Counted from the first letter of the stretch, positions 49,034 through 62,421 are shown. The stretch is DNA of 64,000 nucleotides from Vitrella brassicaformis CCMP3155 (GCA_001179505.1 CDMY01000759.1:124001-188000); one strand, 5' to 3'. Made by a program: numbers and translations. Notes: a model not told the origin generated them from the sequence alone.

Positions 49034-49553
49034 TCACAGCGCAGTGCCCTGCGACTCATGGTACTTCACGGCCTCGTCCACCTTGTCAGCGCATCCCTTC
49101 TCCACTTGACATTTGAGCCGGAGGATCTCCTTGTAGGGAAGGATCTAGTATGGTGGTCGCGTATGTGTGCTCAACCCGGGCAGCTGTGCTCGTCTCTGCA
49201 GAAAGACATTGATCACCGCCACACACAGAGAGGCATGCACCTCATGAGGTGTTGAGCGATGCGGAGCGGCGCGGCGCGGCGCGGAGCGGAGCGGCGTGTT
49301 TCTTTCTTCCCGATGGTCCCTCTGCGTTGAAGAGACGGAAAAGAGATTAAACGAAAAAGAAGAAAACAAACGACGCTCGGTCGATGGCAATGACTCCTTG
49401 AACCCTTGTGTTGGCCCATATTTTACTTTGAGGGCCTTGGCGATGCAGGCCTTGACCACACTCGGATGACTACCGGCACGGACGACAGGCGAACTGAACT
49501 GCACAAGGAATGCATCCATCCATCCATCCACAAGGCAAGTCTACGTACCTCAT
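49034..49553 (-). CDS. Candidate small (about 60 aa) spliced protein
   Basis: ATG AG|gt at 49553, acceptor 49494, donor AAA|gtaaaa and acceptor ctag|ATC give MSSPVVRAGSHPSVVKACIAKALK|ILPYKEILRLKCQVEKGCADKVDEAVKYHESQGTAL*; no homology evidence. Confidence 0.35.
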
Positions 49554-50015
49554 TCTCTGAGTATTTCTTGAGACAATTTGACGACGAATGCGTTGGCGTC
49601 CTGCGGCCTCCGCATGGAGTTGGTTGGGTTTTTTCGTTTGATACGGTTCATCCCTACACATCATCAAAACACCAAACCATCATCACACCAAGCAACACTT
49701 ACTATGCCCACACCCAACCATATGTATTCACCTGAGTCGTTTTGGGCGAGAGGAAGGTGCATGCGCACTCTGCAGGCGCCAGGCAGTCGCCAGCCGCTCC
49801 GCATAAGGTAGGGAGTCAACAAACGAGGCGCCCGCCCGGGGCACGGCGGAGGAGGGAAAAAGTGGCCGATGACATCCGGACGAGTTGGGAATGGTAGAGG
49901 GAGATGCGGCGGACAACACAAGCCAACAACCAGCTGAAAAGAAAAGGAAATGGAGGAAATGTGGCCGAAATAAGGCTGCAAAGCCAAACGCGGACGGAAA
50001 ATGTGAAAAATGGAC

Positions 50016-50054
50016 TGCGAGCTCGTAAATATTTTGTCTCCGTCTCAGCTCGCG
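50016..50054. promoter_or_regulatory. TGCGAGCT plus inverted variant AGCTCGCG in a microsatellite-free, promoter-like stretch
   Basis: tgcgagct 50016-50023 and agctcgcg 50047-50054, upstream of the small minus-strand gene candidate. Confidence 0.35.
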
Positions 50055-50312
50055 AAAATCTCGTCGCGTTTGGATTTCGTTTTCTGCGAACAACGGGAGG
50101 CCATTGGAGGCAGACAGAGGTCTTGTCTCGACGCGGTCTTTTTCTCGCCGGTATTTTTCCTTCCATCGGCGGATGCAAGTGTAGCTCTATGAATCCGCGC
50201 TATCTCTCTCCCCACCACCCGCCTACCCATGCACTCACGCACACAATCCAATCTAAGCAGCTCCACGTCCATCCAGCCGACCCTTCCCCATCAGCCCAGC
50301 TATCCGCCACTC

Positions 50313-53300
50313 TCAGCCATCCACAGCTGCCGCCGCCACCCCCTCTTTGATGTCGGTCATCGGGTTGAGTCTCGTTCGTGTGGCGGCGGGTGCGGGCACC
50401 TGGGGTGAGGGGGAGGGCGAGAAGCGGAACCCACAGTGGGGCGACATGGCGGGAGATGGGGAGCCGCCGATCGACAGACGGCCGCCGCCACCCACACGCT
50501 GATCGATGGATGGAGACATGCGAGAGGGATGGGATTGACTGCGCATGTGTGTGTGTATATGTGTGTTGAGAGGCCGGCAAGCACTGTACCTGGAAGTTGA
50601 ATATGAGTCTGCCGGGTGAGTGTGCGTAGGGAATGTCCTGGTACGTCTCCGCCGCCATAGCGCGGGCCAACTCCTCCTGTAAACCAACCACACATATGGG
50701 GGGCAGGCAAGCCACTTGTGTCTCCTCTGTTCTCTTTCGCGTGCCACCGTCAGTCACTTTACCTGCAGTTTGCCGAGTTTGTGCACCTCGAGGAGGTTGG
50801 CGTTGGCCATCATCTCATACAACACAAACTGACACACAAAGACACACACACATATACACACAGAGAGAGGGGGGGAGGTGAGCGAACCACACTTGCGGCT
50901 TCTTCCTTCAGTGTCCGCCACCCATCGATTCACGTACCTTGTCCATGAGGCTGCGCCACTGCTCTGCTGTCGGCAGCTGCAGCACATCAGGCCCTTCTGC
51001 AGCACCAGCAGCAGCAGCAGCAGCAGGCTCCTCTACACCTGACACAACATTGACAGATCAGTGGGTGGACGGCGTGTGAGCCGCCCACCTTGTTTGATCA
51101 TGTCTTGGTCGGTGTTGTTGTCAATGTGGTCGTCACCTTGTGAAGGCTCAGGTACGGTTGCCTGCTCGTACTCTTGGATGGCCGCGCGCCACTCCATCAT
51201 GGCGTCCTCACCCCTAATGGATGGATACACCCACACACCAATGCCAGCCACAGACACGCGCATGGTAGACAGACAACACAGTAATGCATTTTTTCGGTCA
51301 CGGCGGTATGGTTTGTCACGGCGGTATGGTTTGTGTACTTGCGCAGTTTCTCCCGCAGGATGGCTATCTCCAGGTCAAGCTCCGCCTCCTGCATATACCC
51401 ATGCCCCCACACACAGATGCATAGGAGACATGAACATAGGTATACGAACCCCTTTCTCTGTGTTGTGTTGACCTACCTTCTGCTCGAGAGGCGACAGCTG
51501 CTTCTTGCCGGTACCTGGCTTGTCGTCAAACTGCACAACACACACACACACACACACACATACACATACACATCATGGGCCTGTGTGTGTTGAGATGTGT
51601 CTGTGCCCTCCCTCCCTCCCTCCCTCCCTCCCCCACCCACCCACCACGAGTATCTGTTCAGGTCTATCCCGCTCGGCCTCCTCAAGGGCGTCCAGGTAGG
51701 CGTTGTCCAGTATGTCCAACAATGCGGCAGCTGCAACCAATGAATGTGGGACACACACATACACACGCACACACGCATAAAGGGCTGACATGACAGGGGG
51801 GCATTGCATTGGCCCTCACTTTGCTGTTTCTCGTCTTCGGTTCCGCCCTCTAGCTCCAACTGACGGCGGCCGGCCGCCATGGCTATCTCGTACACCTTGC
51901 GCTCCTCACTCGTGGAATCTGCACACACACCACACACACACAAACAAAGGCGTGGATGAGTACATTTGATGCACAGCCGTCTGGTTTGGGCACACCGACC
52001 GTTGTTCAGAATCTCCTTCTGCGCAGCCAAAAACTCCGGATCGTTATAAACTGACATACATAAACACCACCCAACACACACATCGATATATGCGTCCCCC
52101 CCGCCACCCCCCCTTCCCTGACTCACTGTCCATGAGGTTGCCGGTGGACTTCCGAGGTCTCCGCGCCATTGGCCTCGGCGACGGCGGCACCAAATCCATC
52201 CCATCGCTATCGCTACCACCACTCACACCCACATGGGGACTGTTCTCGGGCGCGCGCAGCCCCCCAACCTCACCAACACACTCAAACACGCCGCTGGTAG
52301 GGGCAGGACCGGCCGACATAGGGCGGGGCCGCACAAACACCGGCGAGACGCCACGCAGGAAGTCGAACCCTCCTCCTCCCCCGCTGCCCTGGCCATTCTG
52401 ACCCTGGCCCTCCCGCTCCAGCCGTTTCCTGGTCTCTTCGAGCATCTTGGACACGCCCAGACGCGCCTTCCTGGGTGGGGGTGGCGAGATGGGCCGCGGG
52501 GCGGCCGGGGAGAAGTCCATGGCGTGCTGCTGCTGCTGGTGTTGCTGCTGTTCCTCCACTTGTGTGATGAGGTGGTTGACCATGTCCTTGACCTGCTCCT
52601 CGCCCTCCTGCCCCTCCTCTCCCTCCCACCCGAGACCCCGATTGGGCGTCAGGGGCCGCTCGAGCGGGCTGCGATTCATCATGGGAGCCACCCACATCCC
52701 CGGGGAGGGGTTGAATGGCATTGGGAATGCAGAGGGTGCTCTCGACTTGGGTTGGGGTGGCAGGGGGGGTGTGAGTGGTCGGCGGTAGGGCGTGATCGTG
52801 GGGGGGATGGGGTCGGGCGGCGGCATCAGGATCTGTGACAGCGAACGGGCCTCCTTGTCCTTGTCAGGGTTCAACACGCTGCACACATGACACACATGCA
52901 GCACAAAACAGAGAGAGAGAGAGAGATCAAACCGCCATTCGTCCATCGCCGCCCCATGCCACCGACGCACCTGTGTCGGGGTAGTCTTCTGTGTGGTGTG
53001 AGCGGTCTGCCCCATTCTTTCTCCTCCTCAGGTGCGTGGCTGGGCGGCGCCATCCACCCGCTGCCGCACTCGAGCTGGATCTCCAGCCCCAGCCGCTCAG
53101 GGTGCGAACAGAACAGCACCTCGTACGCACCCAGCGGCGGGTCGCCGATGGTCGGCACGTCAAACATCTCATAATACGCAGGGGGCACACGCTTGCGCGA
53201 CGACTGACGAATCACACACATACAGACACACACACACGCACACACACATATGAACACAGCCACTACCACGCCCCCCTCCCTCCCCTATATGTGCCTCCCC

Positions 53301-54963
53301 TATATGTGTGTGGGGGGTGGCGTACCTTTGCCTTTCCATCCTTGGGCGCGAGCACGTGGGGCGCCTTGAGTGGTGTGGTGAAGAATCCGCCCCACGGCGG
53401 CTGCAGCAGGGTGTTCAGCGTCACGACCCGCACTGTGGGTGAGGGCGGGGGCGATGGCGAGGGCACCGGGCTGAGCCGATCTATGTCCGTCTGGATGTTC
53501 CGCTGCTGCTGCTGCTGCCGGGCCTCCGATGGCAGCAGCGTCTTGCGCCGCTCACGCTGGGCTGAGGGAGGGGTCTTGGCGGGCGGCTTGGCACGGTCCA
53601 CACGCACAGCTGCTGCAGCAGCTGCTGCTGCAGCACCTAGAAGCAGAGAAGGCAAGAGTGTGTAAGTGTGTTTGTGTGTGTGTGTGTCTCCTGTGGGTTC
53701 TGTAGTTGGTACCTGTGGCTATCTCTACGCTTTTGGCTTTCGACTGGTCATGCTGCATGACACGCCGGGCCTTCCTCCTTTCTCCCTCGCCCCCATCCCC
53801 GGCGCCATCCTCACCCAGAACACCATCCTCCACACCCAACCCCACGCCCCCTCCTCCCGCCCCCTCTCTCTGCTGCTGCCACTGCCGCTGCCGCTGCCGC
53901 CCCTCGTCTGTGTCAGCTCTGTCCGTGAGCTGCCGTGTGTCGCCGAGTACGGGCCGATCGTCCATGATCTTGGGGATGCCGCTACTGCCGCGGTTCGGCT
54001 TGGCACGGGGCAGCGGCAGATTCTGACCGGTAGGCTTCCCCTCTGCGTGTGCACCCATCACAACACAACAAACAGAGAGAATCCAGGTCAGAGAGGAGAT
54101 GTGCACATCCATCCATCCATCCATCGGCGCTGCTTGTGATCCTGCTCACGATGTATCTTGTGCAGCGGCGTCTGGACGCCCCATGGCTTGATCGCCCCGA
54201 CAGCCACCCCTCCCGCCCCCGCAAGACTTGACTTGACCGCTCCTCTGTGCGAGGGAGGCAAGGGAGGCCTCGCCACCGCAGGAGCAGCCGGCACAGCGGC
54301 CGCAGCGGCCGCAGCTGCTGCTGGTGCAGCGGGCTCGCTCGACTCCATATGGTGCACTTCGTCATCTCGTCCGTCAGCCTGCTGTGTCTGTGTGGCGTCG
54401 TCGCGGCGATGGCGCTTCGGTGGGACGTAGTCGGGCGGGCGGTTGCACCGCAGCTCCTTCCTGCACACAGACACAATTAATTCACAGAATGTCATCCGTG
54501 CCAAATGGAATGGTTGGATGGACGCATATATCGTGAGAAACCACCTCACCTCTGCGGCACAGACGACTGTTTGGGCGTGTTTCTGAAGTTGCTGGGGTCT
54601 CGAGTGGTGTTCTTGGCACCAGCAGGAGCCTGGGCGCCCTGAGCGCACAGATCGACCCACACAGACCATGGGAATGGATGCATTCTTGCCCCCGAAGTTC
54701 CCGCAGCCAATGGCCCGCAGCGCGCCGCTCACGTCGTTTTCATTGCCGTCATTGCCTACTGCCGCCTCACGCAAATGCTGCCCGTCGGAAGGCTGACATG
54801 ACACAACCACACCATCAGCAGATGTATCCATCCACAGAGGGTTGATGCGTAGTTGGCAGTTGGTAGTCGTGGCGTATACGTTGTCCTGTGGCGGTCGGTG
54901 CCGCTTCCGATGGATACCGCCCTCACGGGCCGGACGAGGCTCATCCCTGCCCTCCTCCGACAT
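50313..54963 (-). CDS. Large hypothetical Pro/Ala/Gln-rich multi-exon protein with C-terminal helical/coiled-coil segments
   Basis: Chain of GT-AG exons from ATG 54963 (MSEEGRDEPRP...) via RVVTLNTLLQPPWGGFF, IYNDPEFLAAQKEILNN, EAELDLEIAILREKLRK, EELARAMAAETYQDIPY to ...VAAAAVDG* at 50313. Confidence 0.6.
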
Positions 54964-55196
54964 AGGCAGTCTTCAACACAATGCGATGCGATGCTTCCAA
55001 ACGATAAACGGGATCCCTAACGTCCATCGGCTCGAATTCATTGCAATGGGTGCTGAGGTGCGATATTTGATATGGAAAGAGTCATTCGTTGATCAGTGTC
55101 TAAACGTCTATCTATACAGACAGCATCGGCGCATGCACGACGGTCCTTCCTCCCTTGCGGCTGCTGCGCATTGGGGCTGACCCCGCTCACACACGC

Positions 55197-55496
55197 NNNN
55201 NNNNNNNNNNNNNNNNNNNNNNNNNNNNNNNNNNNNNNNNNNNNNNNNNNNNNNNNNNNNNNNNNNNNNNNNNNNNNNNNNNNNNNNNNNNNNNNNNNNN
55301 NNNNNNNNNNNNNNNNNNNNNNNNNNNNNNNNNNNNNNNNNNNNNNNNNNNNNNNNNNNNNNNNNNNNNNNNNNNNNNNNNNNNNNNNNNNNNNNNNNNN
55401 NNNNNNNNNNNNNNNNNNNNNNNNNNNNNNNNNNNNNNNNNNNNNNNNNNNNNNNNNNNNNNNNNNNNNNNNNNNNNNNNNNNNNNNNNNNNNNNN
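55197..55496. other. Scaffold gap (300 N)
   Basis: N run. Confidence 1.
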
Positions 55497-55614
55497 TCAC
55501 GCACACACGCATATTGCCTGCACAGACAACACGGACACACAGACACATAAGCAGGGCCTCTAATGCCATGGCTGGGTTGTGTGTACGGCTTGCCTAGGTC
55601 TATGTCGGTATGAT

Positions 55615-57090
55615 TCATGTGAGTTGTATGGCGATGAAGATGGCCAGCAGGAGGGAGGATACGGCTGACAGTGCCTTTGACGAGAAGGCCCCGCTGAGGT
55701 AGTAGGGGTCTGACATCGGGTACACCACCAACTCCTGCAGTAAGTGAGCAGCGCACAAACAGACAAACAGACACAAAACAGACGCCCAAATCCGTGGTTG
55801 CTGCTGCCTGTGTTGTGTTGTGTGCCCCGCCCGACAGACCGACACGACATCTACGCTGACACATCCATACATACCTGTGGGTAGCTCTTGCCCGACTGCG
55901 ACTCGACACCGACGCGAAGTATCACATACGACTCCCTGCACACCACACAACAAACAGCACGGATGCCAGTGCTGAAATCAGTCGGGGCGACGCCGTTCGT
56001 TCCCCCAGTACTTACTTGTTAAGGCACACGATAGGTGCACTGGCAATCTCTTCGCCGCCTTCACTGCTCAACACAGCCCTGAAAAAGTCGAATGCTTGTC
56101 GGCCTGTTCATTCAGCGCCCCTCCCTCCCTCCCCATGTTGCGTGCCTGTATCGTCCCTCATTGACGGCCACGACAGAGTCGAACCTCAGCTCCTCAGACC
56201 GAGACGACTTGGAGTCAGGATGGTCGTCTATGGACAAACGAGCCTTGGCGCTGCCCTGCACACACACACCGACACACACACCGACACACACAGATACGTC
56301 TGTCTGCCTGTCTGTCTTTGCATCTCTCGCCATCATGCCGGCTCGCTCACCTTGTAAGTGTCGATGATGGCGATCTGCGCGTTGAGGAGGTTGGCGTACA
56401 CGTGTGGCTCGAACGACACGGCAGTCGACAGGGTGTCGTGGCGGTAGATAACCAGCAGCAGCACCGCATCGTGGGGCGGCAACTCGGCCACCGAGAAGGT
56501 CCCCGCATTCGTATCTGCCCGCACACACACACAGACAGAGAATCTGATGCACTTGCCCGCCGCGTGTGTGTGTGTGTGTGTGTGTGTTGGTCCCCCCGCC
56601 GCCATGCAAGCAGACATACACACCATCCACAGTGAATTCAATTTTGTCCCCCATTGCAAGTCGGCTCTCGAAGTCCTTGCAGTGCTTGTAGGGCAGCGGA
56701 GCGTCCTTGGTCAGCTGTGTGTTTTTGTGGTAGATGTCGATAGCCGCCTGGTATGGGTAGGCATTGCACACGCGGAGGCGGTACTCGAAGCCCATCTGCT
56801 TGGTCACGGTGTGGGCTGTCGACGTGGCCACTTGCTTGGTGTGGCGGTGGTGGTGGTCGGAGTGTTGCTGGTGAAGAGCATAGGCATTCTTGGGCGAGGC
56901 CACAGAGCGGAGGACGGCTGCAGAGCTCTGCACACAAAGGATGAGTGCCATGGGCGGATGGACGGATGGATGGACGGATGGATGGATGGATCTGTTCCTG
57001 TTTGCTGACCCCCGCCTGGTGGGTGTTGGCGCCTTGGGCAACGGTGCGAAAGAGGGCGGTGAAGACGGCGAATGCTCCTGTCAGAAACAT
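55615..57090 (-). CDS. Uncharacterised secreted/surface protein with C-terminal hydrophobic (GPI-signal/TM-like) tail
   Basis: Signal-like MFLTGAFAVFTALFRTVAQG; RLRVCNAYP, GTFSVAELPPHDAVLLLVIYRHDTLSTAVSFEPHVYANLLNAQIAIIDTYK|G, ESYVILRVGVESQSGKSYPQ|ELVVYP; ends ALSAVSSLLLAIFIAIQLT*. Confidence 0.75.
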
Positions 57091-57251
57091 GGCCCGCCTT
57101 TTGACACACTCTGGCGCTGACGCCGCTCAGATCTGACGAGTGTGTGTTCCTGGCCTTTTTCGCAGAGGGGAGGCTCGACAACTGTAAACACACTTTCCGA
57201 TCGCCCCACTGCAGCGTTCTCATCGTGCCAAAGAAACACGTCTGTCACAAC

Positions 57252-60200
57252 ATGGACACAACGCAGACGCCCTGCCCCCTGCTGGATTTGTCGCAGCTCT
57301 GTCTTGGAACGGTCCACGGCTACACCTCCCTCCTCCCCCTCGCCGAACACGCACAAGTCCCCCCAAACAGACAGCAGAGGAAACAGCAGGACGTCAGGAA
57401 GCCTACTAAGGTGCCTCTCGGCCCCTTCTTCGAGGCTGTCGACTTGAGCACCAATCGCTTGACCTCCGCGCCGTCTCTGTCGGACCCCCTCTTTCGCGAA
57501 CTGTACTGCCTGGACCTGTCGTTCAATTTTCTGAGTCAGGCATCTCTCGAGTCGTTGCGCGGCGCGAGGGTGCTGCTGTTCCTGGACCTGTCGCACAACC
57601 CGCTCAGTATCGATGCTCTGGAGGCGCTGGAAGATGTGATTGTTCTCGATTTGGTGTTGCCCAAGCAGCTGGTGGCGGGCGAGGCGCGGCGGAGGAGGCT
57701 GATGGAGACGCTGCCCAAGGTCCCCATGCACGCACGCCGCACATGCATCCGACCCACCGCTGCGTAAGGTCACATCTTCTTCTGGTGGGTGTGTAGGTGT
57801 GGGTGATCAACGGGATGTTTCTCTTCGAGAAGGACCGCCGTCTGGCGAAAGAGAGGAGAGAGAGAAGAGAACACAGAGAGCGGCAGCAAGCACAAGACGA
57901 GCTCGACCATGCCGTCACCGAGCAGCCACAGCTGCAGCTGACTGTCGCGCCAGCAGAGCAAGAGCAACAACAAGAACACGAGCAGGCGGAGCCCGCCCAT
58001 TCTCAGCTGGAGCCGCCCTCAGAGCCTTCCCTGCACTGTGAGGAGGAGTTCTACACGTCTCCCCCACCCCCCACCCTCTCGTCCACCTTCTGTCTGACCG
58101 AACTCGACTCCCTCCGGAAATCCCTGGAGAAAGAGCAGGCCAGCCACAGACCGCTGGCCTCGGCACGATCCCTTCTACCCGCTCCGCTTGGCCAGCGGCC
58201 CTCATCTGCAGCCTCGCTGGGAGCCGCCTCGTCAGGGGGGATCCGATCGCCAGTGCCGGAGAGAGACACGGAGACGCCGGTCGATGTGATGCCAGGTGTG
58301 TCTGTGGTGCAACTGTTGCAGCCACAGCACCACGCACAGCAGCAGCAGCAGCAGCAGAAGGGTGCCGATCGACGAACAGAGAGGAGGCGCCCACCAGCAG
58401 CGCGAGACACGGAGACGCTGAGTGTGGCGGGCGTGTCGGCGTTCTCGATGGCCAACCAGGTGGATGTGTACCAGCCTGCAAGGGTCAGGTCCCCGCCTTC
58501 GTATGCCCTCGTGCCGGTCGACCGTGAGTGGCTGCTGCCCCGCCACCCTGTGGATGTCGACGCATCCACGCCATCCAGATATGCTGTTGAGTTCTGGGGG
58601 AGGAAGATGCACCTTATGGAGGTGGGTCACCACGGTGGGTGCGATGGATTAGACGCAGATACGCATTAAGCGGCTGTTGTGTTCTGTTGTGTGTATTTGG
58701 TGCATGCAGGATGACGGCGATAGGTTGCGGTGTCTCGTTGAGATGTGGAATCGGCGGCATGCCATTGCGGCAGTAAGGAATGAGAGAAGGAGACAGGCAG
58801 CCACCACCACAACCACCATCGCGGAGGAGACAACCAGGGTGCCTATAGAGGTAAGTACACACGCCTGCACACGACGTCTGCACACGTCTCTCTGCCTGTC
58901 TGTCTGTCCATAGCAACTCTTGGCGTTGCCCCTCTCCCAGCGGATCCTTCTGGCCCTGACGCTGCTCGCATTTCTCCACAGGTGGCTGTCCGACGACCTG
59001 CTCTTCCACACCCTGCACCTCATCCTCGCCCCACACTGGCGGACCGCGCCTCTGATTGACGATCTGACCTCATGCCTCGCCCGATCGCCTGACTACCTGC
59101 TTGTGGGCGTGATGGTCATCCTCTATGACTCATTCGACTGCCCTGACGACGAATATGGTGATGGGGGAGATCTCTTGCTGCCGGTGGAGAGGTTTGTCGG
59201 TGAGTTCATTTATGGTGGTGGTGGGAGGAAGTCGCGTGCACACGACAGAAGGGAAGCGGATCTGTTTGTGGCTGGAATGAGGCGCGTCGAGTCCTGCATG
59301 GACGAGAAAAACCCCAATCTGTCCTTTTCCAGCGCATCTGAGGAGGAGAGGATCGTCGTGGGCCGGCTGTTTGCTATGATCCGCTCCTGTCTCTCCCCCG
59401 CCCACCTGCTGCCTTTTCTCGATTCATACCAATCCCAGTCACAACGAGTCGATGACGGCCCCCCCTCCCCCTCTCCCTCTCCCTCCCAGCCTTCTATTCC
59501 CTCAATCCTCGCCAACTTTTCTCAGCTGCCGCCGTCTCTCCCTCAATCGCTCATGCCTTCCGCCCGTGCAGCCGCCTCCTGTGTGGTGGCCCTCTTGCTC
59601 GAGACCGGCCTGCTGCAGTGCTGCACGGACCTCTCGCCCTTCCCGCCCTCCCTCTCTCGGCTGCTGTGTACAGTATCTGGCGAAGACTTGTGTGCTGACA
59701 GGGGAGGGCCGCTGCGATGCCTGCAGTCGGCATGGAGCGCGTTTCGCGCCCGCATGTTCCAGAGACGGGCGTCTGCCAACAGTGGGGGCGGTGGGAGCGA
59801 TGGGAGCAACAGCACGGGCGTCAAGGCCTGCCCCTGTGTGGGCGACGGACTGCTGTTGCTGCTGATGGACAGAAGGCACCTGAGGCGAGACGAGATGGCC
59901 AGCTCTCTCACCACCCACATAACATCTGTCAAGAAAGCGGTCAATATTAGCAGCTACGAACTGACGGTGGCCTCGCCCCTCCCCAGCGGCAGGAGAGAGC
60001 TGCACTCGCTCATGTGGGACGAGAGGCGGATGGCGTGGCAGGCGTGTCTTGTGCTGTCCTCATCGATGCTCCCCCCGTCCCCCTTCAAGCACGGCCGCGA
60101 TCTCGCCTACCAGCTGTCTCTCCACAAAGGACGTGCCAACAGGCAAGGCCCGCTGTCCTGCTGTCTCTGCTCTGAGCACACTGCTCTCGCATGTCTGCTC

Positions 60201-61684
60201 AAGGAAGACGCTTCAGCCGAGACACAGGGGAGCAGCAGCAGTCCACCACCAGCCGACGAGCCTCGCCAGCAGCAGCACCAGCGAGGCATGGTCATTTCGG
60301 CCTCTCACCCACCGTCCTTCCAATGGCGGCTTCTGAAGCAGGATAGCGACACCCGGAAGCCCATCGACCTGCGGCCATTCGAAAGAGCCTGGCTGCGCAG
60401 CCAGAAAGGCACGACAGCCTCTGTCTGCACACGGCCTCCCCCTGCCGGTGATTCGCCGCTTGCCTGCAAGAGTGTCACGACCGCCCATCTGGTGCACCGG
60501 TCTGTCAACGCGTCCAGGGCGCTGCTGGCCCTTTTGGACGAAAGGGCGCTGGGGGAAGCGCTGGAGGACCGCCTTAGGACGAATGGGAGTGGCAACGGGG
60601 ACCATGTGTCAGCAGCTGCCGTGCCGAGGCTGGAGATACCCAAGGCAGCAGCGCCGACGCCACCAGCTGTTGCTGCTGGTAGTGATGGGGACACTGGTGG
60701 TGTGTCGCTAAAGAAGGCGCTTGGCAAACATCCGGGCAAGAGGGACAAAGGGAAGATGGTCAAGACGCCTGTCTTGACGCCTCAGCTGCCAGAAGGCTCC
60801 TCCTTCCCCCCACACGCGCTCCCACGGTACCTAACCACCCACACGCAAGAGTCGGACAACCCTATCGTCTGCAACCGGTCCTCAAAGCGCCGCCAGATGT
60901 CTGCCCTTCTCTGTCTTTGTGTGCACTTTGCAGGTCTGAGTCTCAGTTCTCCCTGCGAAAGGGCCAGGACCGCATAGCGGCATTCACAGAGAAGTATGGG
61001 CGGACGGCAAGGGGCACCCCCGTCAGGAAACCTCCCTCGCTCCCCCCCTCCCCGGTTTCCAGCCGCCCCTCGCCCCTGATGGGCACCATCATGTCCATCA
61101 CGGCCGCCGTGTCGGACTCTGTCGTACTGGAGAGCTCTTCCCTCGAGCAGCATCCGCCGTCCCTCACCTCGACACCTTTCCCCCTAATCCACGCGGCGGC
61201 GGCCCACGTCACTGCTCCGTGTGCGCGGCCTGTGTCTCACCACTCTGTGGGGGCGAGTGTGCGGTCGACGCCCGTGATGCGCAGCCCGGTGATGCAGAAG
61301 GCTACGGCTACACACACCATGGCCAAGCGGGTGAAGCAGCCAAAGCAGCCACAGCAGCCGCAGAGGCCACAGCCTGGTGCTGCTGTGTCTCGCCTGAAGT
61401 GCGCCAAAGTGGGCTTGATCCCTTTCAAGAACGACTACCAACGGTTCTCGGCGCACAAGTTTCCCGACCGAGCGAGAGACAGAGACAGGGACAGAGACAG
61501 GGAGAGAGACAAGGGCGCGATGGCGTTGGCGAGCGGTGGGGGCGACGCCTTCCGTCTGGACGAGGAGGGCGCGGCCCCCCCGCTGCCTGAGACGAGTAAA
61601 GCTGCTGAGGGGAAGATGCCTGAGTCGAGGGTGTCGCTTGTGGAGCGGTCGCAGGAGCTGGCCATGCAGAAATGGAGACGGTAG
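57252..61684 (+). CDS. Large protein with N-terminal leucine-rich repeats and LRR cap; remainder uncharacterised
   Basis: VDLSTNRLT, LDLSFNFLS and LDLSHNPLS LRR motifs followed by RRRLMETLPK|VWVING cap; in-frame exons through ORFs 57797-58669, 58920-60977 and 60917-61684. Confidence 0.75.
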
Positions 61685-62421
61685 GGCCTTAAAATGAGGG
61701 AGGGAGACGGAGAGGGGAGGGTCGTGATGTGGTTGTGGTTGTGGTTGTGTATGTGTGTGATGTCAGGCCGATAAGGGTGGATCAGTATGTGCGTCAGCTG
61801 TATCGTCTCGTGTGATTGGATGGATTGGATAGATTGGTGCATACAAATATATACGCAACCACACGCGCGCGCAGATGCACAGACAGACAGATGTCCTTGC
61901 TTGCCTCTCTGCATCAATCAACCAATGCACACGAAGGTCTCTCTATGTCTTCTTTCTGTCTGTCTGTCTGTGTATGTGTCGATAGACAACGAATGAGGAC
62001 CTCTCTCTTTCGGGCCGGTCTCTCTCTCTCTCTGTGTCAGCAATCGCATGTGCACATCTACGATAGCTATGGGTGGCAGTCAAAGGAATTCACTGGCCAC
62101 TTCTCCATCCATCCCTCCATCCCTCCATCCATCCATCCACACGACACACGACGCCCTTACGCACATCTCATGCGACGCAAGGCATGGACCTACCTACTTA
62201 TCTACCTCTGTCTTGGGGAGGGGCGCTCCACTCCCACATTAGTTACACATACCGAAAAACCTGGAGTATTCCACCGATCATATCGACAACATATATACTC
62301 ACGCGCACACACGCGGGCGGCAAACTCATTTGTCTGTCTGTCTGGCTGTGTGGCTGTGTGGGTGTGTGGGTGTGTGGGTGTAATGTTATGGAATTCCCAT
62401 GCATCGTGTGTATCAGCTCAT

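Noticed and set aside
57088-57091. Overlapping divergent start codons in a CATG palindrome
   Set aside because: The plus-strand ATG at 57089 hits TGA after 15 codons; the LRR gene more plausibly starts at 57252
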